64,000 nucleotides of DNA from Neovahlkampfia damariscottae (GCA_016618085.1 JABLTG010000001.1:372001-436000), one strand, 5' to 3'; positions 26,701-41,270 are shown, counted from the stretch's first letter. Notes: generated from the sequence alone by a model not told the origin. Numbers and translations: made by a program.

Positions 26701-29700
26701 ATATGAACGATTCAAATAATATTTCACTTGATCAATTTTATCATCTCTTAATGACAACATTGCCAGATCAATAGAATGATTCTTCTCCAAAAATTCTTTT
26801 TGTTCTGGGAAATCAAATGAATTTTTCACAAAATTTTTCAATTGAACTTTTTTAGTCTTCAATGAACTTTCAATAAATAATGGAAAGATATCTTCATTTG
26901 AAAATTTCCACAAATCACTCAAAGATTTGTCATCAGTTGTAAAATCTTTGATGAGAGAATCAGAAATGGTGTCCCAATTTTTTAATTGTTTCAAACACTG
27001 ATATTGCTCCTCTTCCCAAAATTGAACTTCACAATCATTTGGTTTTGTTCTTTCAGAATTCCAATTTTGTTTATAAAGTTGAATTCCTTTTTGAAATTTT
27101 GAAAGTGCTTCTTTGAATTCAAAATTAAATTCATCATCTATTGCAGTTTTGGTTACACTTGAATCTGCAATTTTATTTTTGAAAAGTGATTTTACAATAT
27201 CTTCTTCACCAATATCCTTGTAAATTTTTGCTAATTCAATCCAATGAGGATGAAGTAGAGATGGAATATAAGATTTTTGTTGAATTAATTTTCTCTTGAG
27301 TCTTGTAATTTGTTCTTCAATAAGCATTGCAGATTGGGATGCATTCATACTTTTAATACCAATCTCTTTGATTAAATCTGGAGTTAATGAAAGTGATAAT
27401 TCTTTATGTGACAAGCAAATATCTAAAAGGAATGAAATCAATGGTGGACAATCTTTTGATAAACTTGACATTGAATCAATCGATTTTATCAAAGACTTTG
27501 AAATATCTGTTGAATCCATCTTTGATTGAATTTGAGGAAACAATGAATCAAATAAATTCAAAAGTAATTCTTTGGCAATTTTTGTATCTAATAAGCATAA
27601 TGCTTGAAGTGGAATGATATACTCAGAATAAGGAATGTTGATATCAGGTAATTCTCCTGTTCTGTATTTTCGATACAAATTAATTTTGTTTTTCTTTTCA
27701 TTTTTCAATCTTTCTTCGAATGCATTTTTTTCTCTTTTTAATTTTGTAGCTTTCATGATTGACATTGAAGTAATTTCATTTTCATCCGCTTTGTTGAATC
27801 TACTTCTTAATGTGGACTTGTCAAAAGTTTCTTTTTTTCTTGAAGAAGATGAAGTTCCTTCCTTTTGGTTTAATTTTTTGAAGGGAACAAATAATAAACT
27901 TGTTTGCGTCAATGATGGATCAAATAAATTTTCTTTGAAAGTTCCTGCAGTTTGAGTCAAAGAAAATTGAGCTTCTTGAGTCATTCGAACAACACCAATA
28001 CCTTTATCATCACCATCCTGAGATTGACTTGAGAACAATGGAGTAGAAAGTTGATTTTTTGAATTCCATGAAACATCAATTTCATATTCCTTAAATTCAC
28101 AATTTGCCAATTCATTATTGAAAATAGATTTTGTATCTCTGAAATCTGGACTATTATGAATTAAATTTAACATTAAATAGGAAGAGTATTTTAACCAATT
28201 TTCTTTAATATTTTCAGAATACATTTTGTTAAATAATTGAGTCAATCTATCCAATGAATCTGATGATAATCTGGATTCATGATTCCAAAAGTCAAGTAAT
28301 TTTTGTCGAATTACTTCTGATTCATCTGACATTCCTCTTAAAATTGATTTTGTTATCTCTGATTCTTTGTTAACCTCTTCATTATTGTCATATAACCAAA
28401 TTAAAATATCATAATATAAGTTTCGACATGGTTCACTAAATGTAGTATGAAACATTTCAGAATTAACATAAATTTGATTCATGATTTCTAAAAACATAAA
28501 AATTTGGTTTTTTGACATTTTTCTCAACAACTTGTAAACAATTTTAAGCATAAGAAGTTGTGTATCTTCTTCTCTGAATGATAAGAATTGTTTCATATAA
28601 ATTTGAATATTTTGAAACATGTCATCAATAAATTCAGCTCTCCAACTAATTAATTGAAGTGCCATTCTTTTATACTTACCAAAAAGATTTGATAATATTC
28701 CAACTATTTTGGATGGTAAAAAGTGATCTACCAATGGTGAAAAATGTAAAGAAACTTTGTGTAATGTACTTAAGAATTTATCATTCTCTCCTTTGGTAAA
28801 AAACATTGATAAATTTGCAATTAAAATTTTTGTAAATCTTTCAAATGTTTCGTTATTTGATAATTTAGAAAGTTGTTTTAAAATCATTCCACATATTTCA
28901 GATGTTGACTCAAAAACTTCTTTAGAGTTAAATGTTAAATTTCCAATAATCTTTTCATAATATTTATCTTCTTTGATGAGATTATGATCAATCGCTGGAT
29001 TATAGACCAATATATCATTTGCTAAAAGCACACCTAGAATCTGAAGTCCTGTTAGTCTAGCAAGTTTGGAAGTGAATTCTTTTTCATTGTAGCAAATCCA
29101 TCCCAAAATGATTGACTTATCAATAGTGATAAAATCTTTCCATTTTTCAATTAATAATTTAATTATTTCCAAATTTGATTTTAATATTGCTTTTCTTTGA
29201 TGTGAACAATGTTTCATTAAATATGAAACTAATTGAGATGCCAATTTCTTTGAATTCTTAATTTCATTTAAATTGTATTCAGATGACATGATTAACATAA
29301 TACTGATATCCCTCACAAAGTAATGAATTCCAGTTCCTCCATTATTTTTTGATGATGCAAGTGAAACTAATGGTTCAAACCAATAAGACGAATAAACTTC
29401 AAAGATATTCGGTCTATTTAATATTAATTTGGTGATAAAAAGTTTGACATTTAATGATGTATCTTCATTTACATAAATGTGATGTAATTCATTCATCCAA
29501 GTTGGAAGTGTTGATTTATCAAGTGGAAAGAGAGCAACTAAACGATCAATGACATGAAGGAATGTTTGGATACAAGGATTTTGATTAATTTCATCCAATT
29601 CTAATTCTGTGTCTCCATGTTTGGTACGTTTTTTTTGTTCTTCTTCTTCACCATATTTACTTCCTGTTGTATAAAATAGAGAACCAATATAAGGAATATC

Positions 29701-32700
29701 TGCACTTAAACTTGAATCCGCCAAATATTGAGATGATAAATACGAAATAGAGTTGTTATTTGTTCCTTTTTTTGATGTATTTTGTTCTTTAAATTGATTC
29801 AATGTTTTTTGGAATCCACTGAAATTTGTTTCAATTTCGAAATTGTATTGAGTACTTGTGTCAACAATCTTTTCCCATAAATCATTTGATTTATCTTTAA
29901 ATAAGAAATTAAGGTAAGGTTTTTCTTGGGTTTGTGTGCAAGTAATTGCAGAACCCAAAGCATTAAATGCTGATTGATGATAATCAACTTGAAGTTGGTT
30001 TCCAATTCTGTCTATCATATTTTGCTTTCTTGCATCAATTCCAGCTCTTAATATTTTTTCTGTAACTTCTTTTCCAGTGAGACCGATTGATTTTTGCATG
30101 AACGCAGTATTAATTGAATCTTTAATTTGAGGTGCTTCCAAATTATCAAACATTGAACTTAGCATGTTGTAACTACAAATTTGACTCATTATCATTGATT
30201 TTGTATCATCATTTGACATTGAGATTGAAATTTTTGTTTGAATGATTTTCACTAATTCAATAATATTTTGTTCATAAAAATTGATGACAACATTTTCTGT
30301 CATGTTTTCAATACAAATTTTCAGTGATAATTTTAAAATTGATTCTCTAACATCAAGTGGAAGTGTTTCTTTTAATGATGCTTTTAAACATAAATTGGCT
30401 GTTTTTAATATGGTCTCTTTATCCAAAACCTTATAAAATCTGGAAATTGCATTGGACATGTTCATAATCAATGGGTGGTCCAAACTTCTGAATAATGGAA
30501 ATAATTTTTCAAAAAATTCAGGACTTTTTAATTTTGGAAGTAATTCAAGGAAATGTTCAACTAAATCAAAATGATCTTTGTATTCTACTGAATCCTTTAT
30601 CAATTCTTTATGAGAAATTGGGAATTCATTGTTCAAAATACTCCTAATTTCTTTTAAAATTTCGAGTTTCTTTTCAGTTTTGATGAAATGTTCTAATGAA
30701 CGAAGTGCTTGTAATTTTAGAAATAAAGAAGGGATTTTTGAATTTCTTTTTGATTTCAAAAAATGAATCCAAACTTTATGAATGATTTCAGAGTTCCCAT
30801 ATTTTGGATTCAAAAATGTTGTTGCATCCAATTGAAGAACAAGTGTGAATAATTTTGAAACATTCACAGAAAATTCAAATTCCCATTCATTAACATTTGT
30901 GGATCCAATAAGCTTTTCTAAATTGTTGTGGATTGCTTTTTCAACGAAATCAATTGTAGTTGATTTTTTCTTTCTTAAAAAAACAGTTACAACATTCAAT
31001 AAAACTGAAAAAGCAAATGAATTTGTTTTTGATTTTTCAACTAAAAGAGCAAATGATTCATAATCTTTACTAATAAAATTGTCAATTTCTGCTTGACAAA
31101 TTTTGTAAAAATGTTCACCCTTTGTAGTCAGTTTAACTCTTTCAAAATGTTGTTGTTCATCATCTTCATTCATTGCGTCATTAGATTCCATTAAAGATAA
31201 TTTTTGAGCTAAAAAATCAGATTTCCCCCATTGAGTAAAATCTGTTATATTTTTGATCAACAAATCTGCTGGATATTGAAAATCGATACACAATTCAAAT
31301 AGTTCACGAAATATTAATTGTTGAATTGGTGTTATTGATTTATCATAATCAAAAATTCTATTCCCTAATTTAATAGATAAATCTTTGACATTAATTTCAA
31401 GAGCAGGTTGTAATATTTCAAGTATATTGAGTATCCTGTAGCCTCTAAAAAGAAACGTACTGTCATCTAAATTGAAAGACGGATTTGAAAGATTGAAATT
31501 AAAAATGTCTAAAGAGACATCACTTTGAATGAAATTCTTCAAAGTTTCAATAATCTTTGTTTTTTGATTTTTGTCTTTCAAAAGAGTTGAAATTAAATTC
31601 TTTGCAAACTTCAACAAATTTTCTTGAACATTTAAATCACTTGTATTGAATCCAATCCTTGATGGAATGAGAACAATTTCGACAATTAATTGAATCAATT
31701 CAATTGAAATGATTTCTTCAAATTGTTTCATAGTTTCATTGTACTTGTCAATCATCAAAAATAAGAAATCTACAATTTTCATAATCAAAGAGCATTTCTT
31801 TGTTTTCATTTTCCCAAGATTCTTTTCAAAATTTTTCAATAACATTTGAATTTTATGGAATATTTGAGTTGAAGATGATGTATTTGTTTCTTCATCTGTA
31901 TTTTTTCTCTTCTTTGAATTGCTGAGAAATAATTGATGAGGAGCCAAAAATTTAGTTGAAAATAACCATTGATACACATGTATTGACATTTCAACTTCTG
32001 AAATCCATTGCGATAATCTTTTGAAATCAATTTCTTCTTGTTCAAATACATTTTCGTCCACTGAATATCTTTCAATGAAAATAATTAAAGAATGACTTCC
32101 TTCTTTCATTAATTTACTTTGAATCCATCTTTTTGGACCATCTTCTGTATTAAAATCTGGTAACATTCGACATAATGATGTAAAAAGTTTCATACTCAAA
32201 TTTCTTGAATTTTTTTCATACGAAGAGCATTGAGAAAATAACCAAGAAATTAAATCTGATAAATTTGGATGTACTTCTCTTTCAACACCTTCTTTTGAAA
32301 GTAAATCACTTCTTTTGTTGATAATTTTTTCAAGATGTGAAACCAATTCAAAAATTCGATCATTTACACCTGAAAGTTCTTTATCTTCTTGTGATAATTT
32401 CAAACAAAGAATTGAATGATGTAAAAGTGAGAAAGTATGTTTATCTACAATCTCATCACATTCTCTAAATGTTCTATACATTCTATTGAATGCCAAAGCA
32501 GCGCCAAGTCTTTGATGAGCACTTGGATGAACCAAATTAGAGCATAATCTTTGAATTAATGCATTTACATTGTTTAATTTGTTATGTTTGATTGCCCATT
32601 TTAAAAATTCATTTGTTAAATTTGCACAAACATCTCTCACAGCACCATTTTGTGAATTGTTTAAACCGTCAACAATTGCATCCAATAGTGCCATTGTTTC

Positions 32701-35700
32701 TTTACTTTCATATTGAATACTCTGAGTTAACCAATGAGTCAATTGATAAACTAAAGGTTCAAAAAGTTGAGAAGCGATTTTTTCAGGATCAGCAGCGAGA
32801 GCAATAATTGTTGGAAATAACTTCTGATAAATTTTGTAAAATTGAGTCTATATTAAACTAAATTCAATGTAAATCTTACTGGTTTATCAGCACTTTTTGG
32901 TGAAAATGCATTTCTTCCAATCATATAATTTACAATTGAATGTAAAAATTCACAAGCTGCAACTTTTGTTTTTCTGTCACTTGATTTTTCTGCCAATTCA
33001 ATTAAACGTGGGAGAATTGAATCAAAAAATACATCAGGTTTAACATCTCTGAATGGTAATGGAAACTTTACATGTTTTGTTGTGTCCCAAGACATATATT
33101 TATCATTATTTGTAGAGCTATCAAGTAAAATCATAGAATCCCCACCAATTTTACCAAAAAATTGAACAATTCTTCTTTGAATTGATTTAAGTGTAATTTC
33201 TTCTGAATTGGAAGAATTTTGATCATTTTGAAATGTAATAATAGTTCTTTTTCTGGCTGTTGATGTTCTAACATTTTCTTCATTTTTTTCATTTCCTTTA
33301 ACTTTCAAATAATCACTCATTGAACTTGCAAAGATTGGCAAGCATTTTTTCACTTCTTTTGAGTCTATTTCGGTGAACCAATAATTTAAAGTATTCAAAG
33401 CTAAATCTGCAAGAGGAAGATATGACATTCCAGATTCAAAACATTTTTTCAAAGCAAGTGAACTGTGTTTCATTTCAATAAATTCTTTTGGAACTGAAAG
33501 AATAAATCCAACACATGAAATTAATAATTCATTTTTTTGTTCTCCTAATTTTTCAATTGTTTCTTTTAAAAATTTTGATACTAAAACAAAACAAGAATAT
33601 TTTGTGATTGATGAAATTCCTAAACTGTCCATTGACTCTTCCAAAACCATATGATCTTCTTTCACTCCTTGAAAATAATTCAAATCTTTGCAAGTATTCA
33701 TGGCGAGAGTTAATAATTTATAAAATCCACTTGCAAATGGAAATTTGAGTGATTTTTCACAGATTTGTTTGCAAAAAACATAAATCCATCTCATAAAATG
33801 ATTAGATTTTGATTTTGATAAAAATAACTGACAAAAATCGATTAAATTCAAATATAACTCAAAATCTTTTGGATTTTTTGGTTTAATATGAGAAGTAACA
33901 TCAGAAGGTGTAAATTCTGAATCCTCAAATTCATCAGTGCCGATAAGTGTACATCTAAGATCAAGTTTGTCAATCATTTGAGTGATTGATTCCATAATTT
34001 TATCAAAAATTACACCATGAAATTTTTCAGAAATATCTTTTCCAAACGAGAACTCGCTCCAAGGATATCCCCAACTTGTAAGTTTAAGATATTTTGGATC
34101 CAAAAAATTTGACCATAATTCTTCATAGTTTGCATATAAAGGTTTTTCCAAATCAACGTCTCCTAAAACTTCTTTGTTTGAAATTGTCAAAAGTATTCCT
34201 TGAAAGACTAAAAATATGAAAAATATTGAGTAACTAGTTACCAGTTTTTGATAAAATAACACTTAGAGAATCATTCTTCATAAACAATGCAACAAAGAGT
34301 TTCTTCATTGAGTAATAGATGCTCATTCTATACTTTGGAAATAGAAGATTTTTTGGGAAAACTAAAAATAGAACTCCAATGATTCTTTCTAAATAATCAA
34401 TGATAACGCTATCAACTTCATTCAGTTCAACAATGATGTTTGCAAATGCATTAATGAAACTTGGTAAATGAGTTATTGATTCTGACATTATTTCTTCATT
34501 CCTGAAAAAAAAGATTAATAAAAAAAATAAAAAAACTTGGCAAATAAATTATCCGACAATTTGAACAAGGATATCAAAAAATTCTTCAATTCTTTTTGTC
34601 CCAAGAATATATTCATTGGTGCAGCGAATTGACCAAAAGATCTAATGGCAATACTTAATCTATTCTTATTGTTAATTCCTGTATCTAAGACATCCTTAAA
34701 CTTTGAGAGTAAAAATTTGAATGTTCTTGTATCCGATTCAATATCACGAACTTTTTGAGCTAATTCATTAGCAACTTGACCTACAAAAGCTTCTAAAGCA
34801 GGAAATCCTTTTTTCTTAACATTAGCATTTTTATGGTCACATAAATCAATTAATCTGAGAATCATTTTTTCAGCATCAACTGTTAAATATTCTTTAAATT
34901 GATAAGCATGCATTTTTAATAACTTTAACCCAGCTGTATCAAACATTAATGAGAAATTAATTTACCTTTACAAACATCATAACGAGTACCTTCATTCATT
35001 TCAAGTGCTTTCACTAAATAACCGTAAAGTACTTGAACATATTCACTTCCTTCATCATCAACTTCTTTTGCAAAATTATTTAAATAGTAAGCAACACCTT
35101 TTAGTGAGTTCGAAATGATAGCCATTTCAGGTTTTAATGAAGTACTTTGAGTTTTCAAACTATCCATGTATATTTTTAAAATTCTTTTGCTTTCTTGGAT
35201 TGATATTGCATCTGGAAAGGAATTACAAATGATTCCAATCAATAAAAGAACACCTCCTTTTACGGATGCTGAATTTTTTGATTTGTTTGTTTCTCTTATT
35301 AAAACATCCAACATTTCTTTTGCTTCAAATGTAGCAGTGTCTGTAATCAATCTTAATTTTATAATTTTTTTTAAAGTTAAAATTACACTAGTTCTAACTT
35401 TTGTTGACTCATCTTTTCTGAACATCATAAAAGCGGATTTCTATGGTTGTTTTAAAAACAAAGAATGTCTCACTTTAATTTCCAAAATGTATGGTTCAAT
35501 TTCTTCTCCTATATATTCCATGTAGTTTTTGATAAAATCAAAAATACCTTTCCTTGCATCTGTCTTTTCAGAAAATGTTAAATTTAATTTAAAAAACAAT
35601 ACTAAAAGAGAATTTTGTCGTCCTTGAATTAATGATTTATCTGAAAATTGAAGTATACCAGTTTCTTTGTCAAAGAGTAAAGAAGAGCACAACCCTTGAA

Positions 35701-35859
35701 AATTAATTCAAAGAAAAACTAACCAAAGTCTTCTGGACTGATTTTTAAGCAGTAATCATTAATATCTGAAATGATAGAAATGGGGTTATATAGAGCAACT
35801 GACTTTTGGTTCTTCAGAATGAAGTTCAAGTCCTTCAAGTTTTCCGAAATCACCTGCAT
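23758..35859 (-). CDS. PRKDC: DNA-dependent protein kinase catalytic subunit (close to 4000 aa)
   Basis: HEAT region, FAT domain, PIKK kinase ([31 protein letters not shown]) and FATC end ([20 protein letters not shown]). Seven introns, all 5' of 32847. Confidence 0.95.
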
Positions 35860-36034
35860 TTTTTCTAATTGGTTATCTTCGGCCAATTGGGATCAACAAA
35901 AATTGCGCGAAAAAAATTTCTTTTTTTTTTTTTTGTTTGTAATCCCAAGAAAATTTAATCTACAATTGATTTTCGTTGTATGATTTTGTCCAATCACAAC
36001 ATTCATCCAAAAAATCGAGTGAAAAACAAACAAC

Positions 36035-37014
36035 ATGGTGGAATCTGAGAACACTGCTGAAATAATAGAAATTAGCGAGGAAGAATCTGAATACGAAACT
36101 GATGAAGAGTCTGATGATGAAGTTCAATATTTATTGAGGTAAATGTATCAGATTTGCCAAGAAAACAAAATTATAAAACAATTGCAATCGGAAAAGCTAA
36201 AAGAAAAAGAGAAATAGAAATTCAGAATTCAAAACCAAAAAAGAAAAAAAAAACTGAAGAAACAACATCAGATTCTGCTACAACTGGATGGGACTCTTTT
36301 AATTGGGAAAATGGTGAATTGTTATGTCAAGTAATAATTGAATTACAAAAATATTCAGAGTTTAAAGAATTTATTGAACTACTTGTTGTGTTATTTTCAG
36401 TTGAACCTTTTGAAAAAATCTGTCAATGGGTCATTTGCTCGATTTTTTTCTTCACCAAAAGAAAATGGTAAAAAGTATATTTTGAATCTGAAGAATTATT
36501 GTCTGTTGTTCTTTCAAAATGTGGATTTGATTTAACAGAAAAAGGAGATTGGACAAGAGTTCCACAACATTTACGCCAAAATACCATTGTACATCAAAAT
36601 GTTGAAGGATATCATAAAAATATTAGATTATGAACCAAGTAATGAGCCAACTGAATTCGAATTACAATACGCAAATGATGTAAAAAGAGCCAAAGAAAAA
36701 TGGGAAAATTTAGAACCAAGAAAAGTGTCTCTTGCTGATCATGAAGGTAAAAAAATTAAAGTTTATTTTCAATTCATTTAGATCAAAAAGGTGTTCTATT
36801 GGGAGCTGTTGGTGATAAAGTAGCATTTTTAAATGTGAAAAAAAATGAATTATTATTGTTTGATGAATCCGAGTAAAAGAAAAACAAAATTTTTGATTAA
36901 TATTTTAGAATTGAATTTGGTTATGATGCAATTGATAAACTATCTAAATATCTGTATCACGTTACGTGGTCAAGTGGCGAATCAACATTTGAAGGAAGAT
37001 CTTTATTTCAATAA
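36035..37014 (+). CDS. Hypothetical multi-exon protein with acidic N-terminus and a possible chromo-like C-terminus; exon structure unresolved
   Basis: CCAAT at 35990 and ATG at 36035. The last exons splice cleanly to YLYHVTWSSGESTFEG. Internal junctions are ambiguous. Confidence 0.4.
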
Positions 37015-37021
37015 TAAAAAT

Positions 37022-37398
37022 TTATGGTATCTCCAGATTTCTACGGATACTCCTAGAGAGATACAACATGAATTCATCATAAGAGACTGTTTCTTTATTC
37101 TTGATTTCTGAGAAAAATTTTCGCAAATCAACTTCGCTAAAAAAATCAATGAAATTAAATTGAATTACCAATCTTTCCGCTTTAAATACTGAAATACATC
37201 TTATTTTTATTTAATCCTGATATTTCTTTTGTTACCTAATATTAACATTTCACATTGAAATCTAGACAAGATTCCGTTCTTTTCTGTATCATGTTTTGAA
37301 TACATCAATCTCAATTTCATATCGATTGATCCAATATCATCCTTTTCTTCAAGATGGCAGCAAACCCAAGGATGGCAAACACTCCAATTCGATCCCAT
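37022..37398 (-). CDS. Small EF-hand protein, probably N-myristoylated and palmitoylated
   Basis: N-terminus MGSNWSVC...CC; EF loop DTEKNGILSRFQ; two GT-AG introns extend the ORF to VSYDEF...EIP*. Confidence 0.65.
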
Positions 37399-37603
37399 CG
37401 TTGAAAATCAAATAAAATACAATGATTGGTAAATTTGTTAATAATCTGTGATCTTTAAAATCACATATTATTGTTAAAATCAACCAAAAAATTGATAATT
37501 CAATATTATACTTTTTTTGGAGAAATAAGATCTATTGGACAAATAAATCTAAAATGACCAATAGAATCAGATCTGCATCAATTTAAAACTAACTTCAAAC
37601 GAA

Positions 37604-38041
37604 ATGATTTCAAGAAAATTCATCGCAAGAAATTCAACTTTTGGGATTAACCAAGCCCCTTATGTCCACCAAAGATCAGATGGGAGTTATGTGATCACTT
37701 TTATGAAATATCCAGGACTAACACTCGAATTTGATTTTCCTGACGAAAACAGCATGATAATTCAATCAATCCAATACCCAGTATCACATACTTTAGTTCA
37801 AGAGATCTTAACAATTTCAGGGACAATTGAAAGTGAAATTAACTTGGAATGTTTTTCAAAACCAATTGTATCAAGAAGTGCAATTCACTTTGATTTTGAT
37901 GTTGACTTTGAAAAAATTGAATTTGTTGAATCCAGCAATTGTTATTGTATCATCATAAAAGAGAGATTACCAATTCTTACAGAAAAATCAGCTTGGACTT
38001 GGGTTTGGAAAGTTAGTGATCCAACTGAATCAAGCAAATAA
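37604..38041 (+). CDS. Hypothetical protein, possibly with a divergent HSP20-like beta-sandwich
   Basis: Intact 145-aa ORF with upstream CCAAT boxes and downstream AATAAA. The fold is a guess. Confidence 0.5.
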   Translation: MISRKFIARNSTFGINQAPYVHQRSDGSYVITFMKYPGLTLEFDFPDENSMIIQSIQYPVSHTLVQEILTISGTIESEINLECFSKPIVSRSAIHFDFDVDFEKIEFVESSNCYCIIIKERLPILTEKSAWTWVWKVSDPTESSK

Positions 38042-38343
38042 GCCATTATTGGAGTTAATATTTAAAAAATAAATAACAAAACTTCCATTTTGTACAAAAT
38101 AATGTTCTGTTTTTTGTTTTTAAACTTCTTTTTTCAACCTGTTAAATTATTTTTTTAATTCTTTTCCATCTCGGAAAAATAGTTTAGGCATAATTTGAAG
38201 GTTTTATAAAGTTTATGACTGAAATAATGAATCTTTTGGTCTGAGTTGAAGCCATTGGAAATAAAAAATATATACTTTTTTCAACCAATCACCTTCATTT
38301 ATTGCTTCCAAATAGACAAGTTTTAGAATCAACTACATAAAAA

Positions 38344-38882
38344 ATGGATCAACCAATTTATGGAGACGAATATTCTAAATATTTTACAATAGCATTTTGG
38401 GCATACACTGGTTTCTTTTCATTGACAATTTTTGTATAAATGAAAACAAAAAAATTAATTTTTTTTTCCAGGCAACAGTTGTTATTTTAGTGATTTACAC
38501 ATTTCTTGAGCATTGGCAACATGCTTTTACAGCAGGTCTTATCGTTGTGAATTTAATTCCAATTATTGGATTACTAATCTGGACACGTATGGCTTACGTG
38601 GATCCAAAATTAAAATACGTCACTTTACTCTTATCAATAATTGTAATATTTTCATGTGCTGTTGCTTTAATGTATGTTTGGGGTTTAAGATATCCAGGAG
38701 ATGTTTGTTATTCACCAAGAGACGGAAGAAGACTCGATCAATACCTTTACAGAACCGCTGACAACAAGTGTTATGAAGATATTTCTTGCATTGGATTCAA
38801 AGATTCATGTGCTTCATGGGATGATAAAGGTAATTTTATCAGATGTGGTCGTTTTAATAGAACAACTTTATTGTGTCGATAG
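38344..38882 (+). CDS. TMEM243-like 3-TM protein with a Cys-rich C-terminal extension
   Basis: MDQPIYGDE and LIWTRMAYVDPKLK match remembered TMEM243 motifs; intron 38434-38471. Confidence 0.6.
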
Positions 38883-39042
38883 AAAAATAAAAAATAATTT
38901 AAAATTTTATTTTTATTTTTTTATTTTCTGGAACATGTCAAAAAAATAATATTTTTTTTGTAAAATAAAAATTACGATATTTCATTGGTTTATTCAACTG
39001 ACCAACGAAACAACAAGAACAATTTTGTAAATAACGTCAAGG

Positions 39043-41213
39043 ATGAAGCGATTGTCACAACAATTTACAAGGATCTTTGCATCACCTGAAGACAATGATT
39101 CATATCAGATCCCAGATTTAGACTGTTTTATACCTTATAAATGTACTCAAACTGTACCAAAAATGAAAAAAGCGTTTTATCAATTTTTACACGATCAACG
39201 AGATGATTCTTTAAAATTTATAGATGAAATAGATTGTTTGGAGAATTTAAAATCAAAACTTTTAATCAAAAAAGTACAACATATATATTACTCATACGTT
39301 TTAAAAAAATCTGTAAACATATCGAATGAAATGATAAAAAAAATTGAAAAAAAGATATTAGAACAAATTGAAGACCCAAAATTAAGTTCAATTTGGATTT
39401 TAGACGATTCAGCATTTCAAATTTTTAAACCAGCAAGAGATTTAGTGCATGAACAATTAGAAAAAGAACAATTTCCATATTTTTTAGAATCAAAATATTG
39501 TATAGATGTCTTAAAAACACATTCTCAAGATCCAAGAATATTCTTACCAAATGAAGTAAAAGAATTCCCTTTCAAAGATGAAAATTTTGAAGATTCAATT
39601 ATTTCAGAATTAGACATACAATACTTAAAATCTATTTTTGAAAAGTCAAATCAATGGAAAACATGTCAAATTTTACAAAATAGATACGATACTCATTACT
39701 TTTATTCTTTACAAAATTTTTTTCCACTAGGTAAAAAAAAAAAAATCTGAAAACAAAAAATAGTTTCTTTATTTTCAAATCCTGTTTGTGTTAAAATTAA
39801 TTATGTTTTACCTTTTAATTTTGAAAGAACAGTTACTAATATTATTGGTGTAAATAAAATACAAAAAGTTGATTCAAATTATCAATATATTGAAGTTTTA
39901 AAAACATCAAATACCAAAGAATTAAGAGAAAAAGGGTTTTTAGTTAGTGAAAATAGAGGTCAATGTGAATTAGAATCAGAATTAGAATTTTCATTTCCTG
40001 TTTCTCATCCAAGAAAATATTATCATTCTTTATCATTAGAATATGATTCAAAAACTAAAACATTATATAAATTTACAAAACCATTCATACATAATGATGT
40101 AAAAGGTTTAAACTTTGATGAAAAAGTGAAATGTATTTTTCATCAAAATGGAAAAGAAGAAGTGAAGAGTTGTTTTTTATTTTCAAATTTTGGTTTAACT
40201 GCATATCAAAAAGTGGGTGATCATACACTTATAAGTGAACTTACAAGTAAGAAAAAAAAATTAAATGTTAAAAAAAAAAGTATTTAACATGAACGGGTAA
40301 AAAAAAAATAAAGTTCATTTTTGAATAGTTGGGTAAGTAAATAACAAGAAAAATATTTCTAACCTTTTTTTTATAGGGAAATATGCTTTCTGACAATTTG
40401 GTTAAAAAATTTGCAACAACAAGAGCAGAAAAAATAGCAAAAAACATGGATACAATAATTTCATTCAATGATATTGATTTAGATGATTTAGATGAAAAAG
40501 ATGCTTGTGAATTATTATTAAAGAATCTTGATATTCGAAAACAAGATCAAACAATTCAATCAAAAACTCAAGATCATAAAAATCAATTAAATTCTGTTTT
40601 AAAAAATGATGCAAAAGAGAAAACAGCATTATCAAGATCTATAATTGAACTTTTAGGTTCAGAAGAAAGAATAAAAAAATATGAACAACAACCAATCAGT
40701 GTGACATTAGAAGTACCTGAAGTTGTCAACAAAAAAAAGAAAACAATCCAAAAGAAAGTATCAACAGTAAAAAAACATGAAACTATAGTTCAACAAGATG
40801 ACGAAGGTTTAAATCAAGTTATTGAAGTAGAACATGAACATGTTGATATTGATGAAGATTTAGCAATAGATTTAGTTGAAGAAAAAATAGAATTTATGAA
40901 AAAGGACATAAGAGATAGAGATACATCAATTTTGTCTATTCCACCTCCTCCAGAAGAATTAGACTTGGATTCAGAAGATGGTTTTTCATTACCACTTCCA
41001 CCTTCAGCTTTAGAAGAAACAAATCAAAAAAATAGTGATGATAGTATCTACGTGGATCAAAAAGTTTCCAAAGATGAATTTTCAAAACCTAAAATTTTAC
41101 CTGAAGGATTAAAAGTGCTTCTTAGATTAGATCCAGAAGGATCAGATAGTTTTAGTGATTTACCACAAGTTGAAAGTTTCAGAACATTACCAATGAAAGG
41201 AGAAGAAAATTAA
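39043..41213 (+). CDS. RGS domain + START-like domain protein with acidic tail
   Basis: RGS pattern (AFYQFL...LKFIDEI...IYYSYV...VNIS...FKPARDLV...EQFPYFLES), then a START-like segment (FPVSHPRK...IFNMNGW). Includes 16-nt and 4-nt exons. Confidence 0.7.
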
Positions 41214-41270
41214 ATTATTTTTTTTAACATTTTTTCTGGTTTGAAAAATAAATAGTAAAAATGTATTTCT

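Noticed and set aside
24185..32807. Plus-strand ORFs inside DNA-PKcs, and similar antisense ORFs elsewhere (e.g. 22240, 51123, 57639)
   Set aside because: They are shadow ORFs of well-supported genes on the opposite strand.
36122..36607. Ultra-short 17-23 nt introns (36122-36138, 36139-36161, 36589-36607)
   Set aside because: Longer alternative GT-AG pairs give the same frames and the gene model is unresolved, so they cannot be supported without cDNA.
38042..38343. Possible ncRNA in a 300-bp gap (hairpin TTTTCC-ATCTC-GGAAAA at 38162)
   Set aside because: A short AT-rich hairpin with no convincing boxes.
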